Below are positions 58,584-64,000 of a DNA stretch of 64,000 bases, one piece after another. This stretch comes from Promethearchaeota archaeon (GTDB lineage: Archaea > Asgardarchaeota > Lokiarchaeia > Sigyniarchaeales > SOKP01). Under the pieces are notes generated by a model. The model saw only the letters and a list, made by a program, of their open reading frames with translations. It was not told the DNA's origin and did not search any database. The DNA lies in NCBI GenBank assembly GCA_019057795.1, contig JAHLWS010000073.1:1-64000 (forward strand), read 5' to 3'. Numbering within the stretch: position 1 is the first letter of the stretch; the number at the start of each line of letters is the position of its first letter. A program made the position numbers and the translations under genes.

Positions 58584-59279
58584 ATGAATTTTCCTATCAA
58601 ACAAATAAACGATTTCTTTAATTCCATAGATATCTTCGAGGGAATCACTTCATTATGGGGTGATATTGGCGTTGGTAAAACTACTTTATCGCTCCAAACA
58701 GCTTATAATAACGCGTTAAGTGGTTTTAAGGTAATTTATATATATAGCAAACCAAATTTCCCTTACTATAAAATTGATTCTGTTATTGAAAACGATTTAA
58801 ATGAAGTATTGAATAATATTTTGTTTAGTAAGCCTATAACTTTTAAAGATTTATATAACCTTGTTTTTAATTTAGAATTTATTATTATTGATGATTTAAA
58901 AAACGATGATGGCTCTTTTAATTTAATTATAGTTGATTCAATAACTGATTTATATGGATTAGAATTACAACAAGATAAAAAAGAGAAAAATTACATTCTG
59001 AATTATAAGTTAAATCAAATTCTAGCTAACTTAACTTTTTTAAATAAAAAATATCACATTGATGTTTTAATTGTAAATGAACTTAGCAGAAAAACTCAAG
59101 AGGGCCAAATTTATGAAGTGGAACGCGGCGGCAATGTTATGGAATATTGGGTAAAAAAATCTATCAAAATTGAACGAACGGATAAATTGAACCACCGTAA
59201 GTTTTTTTTAATGAAAGGAAAAAGTAATAATTCGATCGTATTTTATTCTATATTAAATAAACAAGGTTTTGAAGAATAA
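58584..59279 (+). CDS. RadB-like RecA-family ATPase
   Basis: ITSLWGDIGVGKTT, LIIVDSIT..Y, IVNE, GGNVMEYW. Confidence 0.8.
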   Translation: MNFPIKQINDFFNSIDIFEGITSLWGDIGVGKTTLSLQTAYNNALSGFKVIYIYSKPNFPYYKIDSVIENDLNEVLNNILFSKPITFKDLYNLVFNLEFIIIDDLKNDDGSFNLIIVDSITDLYGLELQQDKKEKNYILNYKLNQILANLTFLNKKYHIDVLIVNELSRKTQEGQIYEVERGGNVMEYWVKKSIKIERTDKLNHRKFFLMKGKSNNSIVFYSILNKQGFEE

Positions 59280-59321
59280 AAAAAAGAAAAAAGTAGTTGA
59301 ATAAAGATCAGAATACCCCAA

Positions 59322-60293
59322 ATGAAATTGTCAAAATGGTTGAATAATAACATCCCTCATTATTTTTCAAATAAAAGCGATTTAATAGAAATTATAGAAA
59401 TTATTGCTGAAGCAACCATCCCTATTCGCGGGTTATTAGAAAGGGGCATCACATCTCGCGAAATTGAGCAGAGAATGAATATTAAAAAGGTAAAAGAAAA
59501 GACTATAAATGTTTACGGCGAATCCCAAATTCACGAAGATATATTAACACACAGCATTATATTAAAAGCGCTACAAGAAAGCGATACAGATTTTCTTTTT
59601 GTTGCTTCTGAAGAAGCAGAGCCCGTTTTAAGTGATGGAAAGTTTGGTATAACAATAGATCCTGTTGATGGCTCTTCAAATGTTATAGTAAATAGAACTG
59701 TTGGGACGATTGTGGGAATTTATGACGAGGCGGGGCGCATTGTATGTAGTTTCTATGTACTTTATGGGATTTATACTAACTTAATCTTAGCGCTTAATGG
59801 ACAAGTTGCTGAATTCATTTTAGATACATCACCTTATAGCATGACTTTTTACCATTATGTCTTTCAAGAATTAAAAACTTTGCCCAACAAAGAAGAGGGG
59901 GGCATTAGATGTCTTGGAGGTGATTCTACGGAATGGTCAGATAAATGTAGGGCTTATGAACAACTATTAATTAATCATCATTTTAAAAATCGTTATAGCG
60001 GAAGCTTTGTTGGTGATTTCCATGCAATAATAACTTATGGTGGAATTTACTCATACTTTCCTTCACCAAAACCAAAAATTCGCGTATATTATGAGTGGCT
60101 CCCGTTAGCTTTTATCATCAAAATTTTAAACGGAGAATTTTTAATTATTGGAAGTATTGAAGACCATAACAAAGTAAAAAAGATTGAACATATTGAGCCA
60201 TTAACTAAGACTAATGTGAACAAGATACATGATGAGACTTCTGGTGGTTTGTTAGGGAGCGCAATACCTGTTAACCTCTTTTTATCGCTCTAA
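59322..60293 (+). CDS. fbp: Fructose-1,6-bisphosphatase class I
   Basis: NVYGESQ, ASEE, IDPVDGSSN..VN.TVGTI, RYSGSFVGDFH, KIRVYYE..PLAFI. Confidence 0.9.
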   Translation: MKLSKWLNNNIPHYFSNKSDLIEIIEIIAEATIPIRGLLERGITSREIEQRMNIKKVKEKTINVYGESQIHEDILTHSIILKALQESDTDFLFVASEEAEPVLSDGKFGITIDPVDGSSNVIVNRTVGTIVGIYDEAGRIVCSFYVLYGIYTNLILALNGQVAEFILDTSPYSMTFYHYVFQELKTLPNKEEGGIRCLGGDSTEWSDKCRAYEQLLINHHFKNRYSGSFVGDFHAIITYGGIYSYFPSPKPKIRVYYEWLPLAFIIKILNGEFLIIGSIEDHNKVKKIEHIEPLTKTNVNKIHDETSGGLLGSAIPVNLFLSL

Positions 60294-60351
60294 AAGAGGT
60301 TATAATTTTGTCTAATTTATTAATTAACTTGAGCAAAATGATTAATCTAAT

Positions 60352-61602
60352 ATGAAGATTGGAAATCTCAACCTAAATAATAACAAATATGTCAAAAAAC
60401 AAGAAGGTTCTGTAGAATTCTATTTATATAAGAATGACAAAGATAGTATACCTTCCAAATCAATGGGTGTTTTTTATAATGAAAAAATGGAAATAAATCG
60501 AGATATTTCAATCTTAACTATACTAACATATAATAAACTGATTAATCGAGATTCGTTGGTAATGGTAGATTGTATGGCTGCTTCGGGCATAGGCTCTATT
60601 AGATTGTTAAAAGCTTCCAATAACTTTAAAAAAATATTTATCAACGATATTAACCCGATAGCCGTAAAACTTATTAAAAGAAATTTAAAACTAAACGATT
60701 TAGAAAAAAATACTCAAATCATCTCCTCACTCAAAGATGCCAATTTATTATGCATAGAAATCGCGCAAAAATCTTGCTTAATTGGAGAAAAAAAGATTGA
60801 AAGCCCCAATGTAATTTCAATTGATCCTTTTGGCACTCCAAACATATATATTGATTCTGCATTTAAATCGATTAAAAAAGAAAATGGATTGTTATGTATA
60901 ACGGCCACGGATACCGCAGTATTATTTGGAGTAAAACCAAAGGCTTGTATTAGAAAGTACATGTCTAAACCACTTCACACGGAATATTGTAAAGAAATTG
61001 GAGCAAGGATACTAATATATTATATTTCAAGAATTGCTAATGTTAACAATTTAGGAATAATTCCGTTGTTAACTTTTTATTCAAATCACTTCATAAGAAT
61101 TTTTGCTCTTACATATAAAAGTAAGGCGAAGATTTTTAAGGACATATCAAATAGTTATGGATATATTATCCATTGTAAGAATTGCGGGTATCGTTCGTCC
61201 GTTTTAAACGATATATTAACAATTCCTCAAAAATGTCCATCATGCTTAAAAGAAGAACCATTATCATATTCTGGCCCCCTATGGATTAAAGAATTACATA
61301 AAAGATATTTTCTTGAAGAAATAATTCAGTTAAATGAAAAATTCAATTTTAAGAGTAAAAATAGAATATCTAAAATTATTAAATACGCATTAGATGAAAT
61401 AGGTATGCCCGTTTCTTATTATAACATACATAAATTATGTCAACAATTAAAGCTCCCATCAATTCCCAAAATCGAAAAATTAATTGAAGCAATTGGCGAA
61501 AGTGGTTATTCAGCATCAAGAACTCATTTCGATTTTATATCAATTAAAACAAATATGGGAATTAATGCGTTAAAAAATATACTAAAAAATATACTAAATT
61601 AA
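60352..61602 (+). CDS. trm1: tRNA (guanine26-N2)-dimethyltransferase
   Basis: VFYNEKMEINRD, AASGIGSIR, NDIN, IDPFGTP, TATDTA, GPLW, SRTHF. Confidence 0.95.
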   Translation: MKIGNLNLNNNKYVKKQEGSVEFYLYKNDKDSIPSKSMGVFYNEKMEINRDISILTILTYNKLINRDSLVMVDCMAASGIGSIRLLKASNNFKKIFINDINPIAVKLIKRNLKLNDLEKNTQIISSLKDANLLCIEIAQKSCLIGEKKIESPNVISIDPFGTPNIYIDSAFKSIKKENGLLCITATDTAVLFGVKPKACIRKYMSKPLHTEYCKEIGARILIYYISRIANVNNLGIIPLLTFYSNHFIRIFALTYKSKAKIFKDISNSYGYIIHCKNCGYRSSVLNDILTIPQKCPSCLKEEPLSYSGPLWIKELHKRYFLEEIIQLNEKFNFKSKNRISKIIKYALDEIGMPVSYYNIHKLCQQLKLPSIPKIEKLIEAIGESGYSASRTHFDFISIKTNMGINALKNILKNILN

Positions 61603-61608
61603 ATAGGA

Positions 61609-62253
61609 ATGTGGACCATGCCAAAGGCAGCAGAAGATCATAAGAAAGACGCCGTGTATAAGCAAGCTAAACGTAAAGGATATAGAGCCCGCTCAGCATT
61701 TAAATTACTTGATATACAAAGAAGATTCACCATTTTTAAAAGGGCTTTTTATATATTGGATTTGGGTAGTACTCCGGGTTCATGGCTTCAAGTTGCGAAG
61801 AAATTTGCTGAAGAAAATTTATTGAAATATAACGATAAATATTATCACCGAGATCATTATAAAATTATGGGTATAGATATAAAACATATAACGCCTATTG
61901 AAAATATTAACACAGTTCGAATTGATTTTACTACACCTGAGTTTCAAATTGAAGTTAAAAAATACTTCGAAGGAGAAAAACTAGATCTTATCTTATCTGA
62001 TGCCAGTATCAAAAAATCAGGAAATAAATTTAGTGATCAAGCCATGCAAGTAAAACTCTGTTTTAAAATTCTTGAACTTACAAAATTTTTAAAAATTAAG
62101 GGAAACTTCGTAATAAAGATATTTCAAGGGGCTGATTATGATGATTTTTACATAAAAATGAAGCAAAACTTTACGATCGTTAAAAGTCTAAAACCAAGCT
62201 CGTCTAGCAAAAAGAGTAATGAAATCTATTTAATTGGTTTAAAGAAAAAATAA
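61609..62253 (+). CDS. rlmE: 23S rRNA 2'-O-methyltransferase RlmE/FtsJ
   Basis: GYRARSAFKL, DLGSTPGSWLQ, ILSD, KIFQG, KPSSS..SNEIY. Confidence 0.95.
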   Translation: MWTMPKAAEDHKKDAVYKQAKRKGYRARSAFKLLDIQRRFTIFKRAFYILDLGSTPGSWLQVAKKFAEENLLKYNDKYYHRDHYKIMGIDIKHITPIENINTVRIDFTTPEFQIEVKKYFEGEKLDLILSDASIKKSGNKFSDQAMQVKLCFKILELTKFLKIKGNFVIKIFQGADYDDFYIKMKQNFTIVKSLKPSSSSKKSNEIYLIGLKKK

Positions 62254-62856
62254 TTATTTATCTGATTGTATTTCTTCAAAATTTGTTTTGTAGATTTGTC
62301 CTTCTAAGGATGTTTTAACCCATTCAGTTAACCAAGGACAATGTAATGGATTAAATTGGTCGAGATTTGTGTTATTACATTTACCTGTAAAGGGACAAGT
62401 TAAACATGGTTGATGTGAAAAAATATCTAAAATGAAATCATTATTATTTTTGTTAACATTAATATCTTTTACTTTAACATCGATTTTTTCAATTATAGTA
62501 ATACGCTTTACCCAAGAAGCTTCCAATAATTCGCGATTTATATTAATTTTATCTTGTAAATACAGAGTGCCTAAGATTTTATCGAGTTCCATTCGCTTTT
62601 TGTTTGTAAGCTCTAATAACTTATGAAAAAAAATATCTTTTTCTTGATTAATTATTTTAAGTACCATTTTCTCATCTTTTCTTAAACTGCGAGCTCCTTC
62701 TTTCTTTCTTTCTTCGATCCTTTCTAGCCTTCTTTCAACATCAGACTTATCGGATTCTTCTGAACCCTCGATTCTCTCCTTTACTTTGCATTTATGACGA
62801 CTTAGATAAGCGAAACTATTTCCACAATAGGGACAAACTTCTTTTTTTTTTGCCAT
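62254..62856 (-). CDS. RPC34/TFE-beta-like protein: N-terminal zinc finger, winged helix, C-terminal Fe-S motif
   Basis: CPYCGNSFAYLSRHKC; wHTH-like middle; PCLTCP...C...NPLHCPWLTEWV matches the RPC34/C39 C-terminal cluster motif. Confidence 0.8.
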   Translation of the reverse strand: MAKKKEVCPYCGNSFAYLSRHKCKVKERIEGSEESDKSDVERRLERIEERKKEGARSLRKDEKMVLKIINQEKDIFFHKLLELTNKKRMELDKILGTLYLQDKININRELLEASWVKRITIIEKIDVKVKDINVNKNNNDFILDIFSHQPCLTCPFTGKCNNTNLDQFNPLHCPWLTEWVKTSLEGQIYKTNFEEIQSDK

Positions 62857-63050
62857 TTTAAAAGAACTTAAAATTTTTTATATTGAAATATATAAAAACA
62901 AATCTTAAAGTTAATATATTTTATAGTTTATGTTTAATCAAAAATTAATTTTACGATTTATTTATTGCTAAAATAATTAATAATTATTAGAACTAAGTTT
63001 TTTTGAATTTATGAATTTAATAGTAATTACACAATTTAATCAGCTAAAAG

Positions 63051-63848
63051 ATGAAATCAAACAAATCAAGGACGGTAAATTTAAAAAAATCATTAATTAT
63101 TGGTACAAAAAAGATTATTAGCGAAATCGAAAAAATTAAACGAGAAAAATTAAATATTTCTACTGGTTCAAAAAATATTGACGATGTTATAGGTGGTGGG
63201 TTTCATTCAAACAAAACCTATATAATTTTTGGGGCGAATAAAACTGGAAAAACTCAATTATGCCATCAGTTATCTGTTCAAGCGTATCATAAATCCTTTA
63301 AGTTGATCTATTTAGACACAGAAAACACATTTCGCCCCGAAAGGATAAGAGCATTGGCAAAAACCCAAGAACTTGAAAGCGAGAAGATTCTAAAGAATAT
63401 TTTAGTATCAAAAATTTTGAGTAATCCCGCTTTTTTACTAAAATTGAACGAGATAGAAGATGTAATCAAACAAAATAATGTCAAAATACTAATCATTGAC
63501 TCTATCAATAATTATTATAGATTTGAGCTTAGTGATAAAGAAGTATCATCTTTTAGAGCTAAAACAAGATTTTTGAAGATTTTGGAAAAAATTAGTAATC
63601 TTACTCGTAAATATAATTTAATTACAATTTTAACTGCTCAAGTTGCTCCAAATTTTATTGAAAACTCAATTATAAGAGAACTCCCTGTAGGATTGCGATA
63701 CCTGAATCATTATTTTTCTGAAGCTTTATATTTAAATCGTAAAGAAAGTGGAACGGGTTATCTTCATTTAATAAACTCTCATCAATTTCCTGAAAAGAAA
63801 ACACGTTATATTATTACGAATAAGGGAATAGAGGAATACGAAATTTGA
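63051..63848 (+). CDS. RadA/Rad51-like paralogue lacking the N-terminal HhH domain
   Basis: ISTGSKNIDDVIGGG, FGANKTGKTQLCHQL, YLDTENTFRPERI, LIIDSI. Confidence 0.88.
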   Translation: MKSNKSRTVNLKKSLIIGTKKIISEIEKIKREKLNISTGSKNIDDVIGGGFHSNKTYIIFGANKTGKTQLCHQLSVQAYHKSFKLIYLDTENTFRPERIRALAKTQELESEKILKNILVSKILSNPAFLLKLNEIEDVIKQNNVKILIIDSINNYYRFELSDKEVSSFRAKTRFLKILEKISNLTRKYNLITILTAQVAPNFIENSIIRELPVGLRYLNHYFSEALYLNRKESGTGYLHLINSHQFPEKKTRYIITNKGIEEYEI

Positions 63849-63851
63849 AAT

Positions 63852-63998
63852 TTAATTCTCAAGAATTTTTTCTTTAAACATTTCCAATGTTAGATTTTTA
63901 AGATTATTCGAGATAATTTTCGAATTGATTATATACACGGGATTTTTGATTCTGTTCAATAACCATTCAACAATTTGTAAAGCATACTGTAACTTTTT
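63852..63998 (-). CDS. 3' end of a gene entering from beyond the window
   Basis: Minus-strand frame open from the window edge: KKLQYALQIVEWLLNRIKNPVYIINSK...EKILEN*. Confidence 0.45.
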   Translation of the reverse strand, partial: KKLQYALQIVEWLLNRIKNPVYIINSKIISNNLKNLTLEMFKEKILEN

Positions 63999-64000
63999 CA

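Noticed and set aside
4139-63508. Many short ORFs in the track overlapping long genes (e.g. 4139..4351, 8970..9194, 11802..12170, 15432..15782, 19999..20331, 38094..38447)
   Set aside because: Antisense or off-frame shadows of well-supported genes, with no recognisable motifs
1-64000. CRISPR arrays, rRNA, transposases/integrases, or an island at the tRNA
   Set aside because: No repeat-spacer periodicity, GC-rich rRNA-like stretch, recombinase motifs or duplicated tRNA 3' end was seen

Overview
AT-rich, gene-dense archaeal chromosome segment, most likely from an Asgard archaeon (Lokiarchaeia-like). This is inferred from a gelsolin-domain protein, a roadblock protein, a probable longin-roadblock fusion, Bet3/V4R-like proteins, ribophorin I, Sec61beta, an RPC34/TFE-beta homologue and a BHB-intron tRNA. 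In order, the window holds: a 7-gene MoxR/DUF58 cell-surface operon with a catalytically degenerate transglutaminase; a lipS2-lplA-lipS1-cofE(fbiB)-cofD cofactor operon; a bacterial-core LeuRS; a block rich in eukaryotic-signature proteins (about 20.8-31.8 kb); a translocon/N-glycosylation neighbourhood (Sec61beta, ribophorin I, Trm112, tRNA-Gln, AglH/ALG7, M48 protease, UbiA-family transferase); an Opp/Dpp ABC transporter with two extra genes; and RNA-modification, recombination and transcription genes. I saw no CRISPR array, rRNA or mobile element. The strongest leads are a tandem Bet3-like plus Trs31/Trs33-like gene pair (candidate hetero-oligomeric proto-TRAPP module), the pseudo-transglutaminase MoxR operon, the lipoate/F420 operon, and a tRNA-Gln with a T-loop intron and C33. 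All family calls come from motif recognition by eye; no database search was run.
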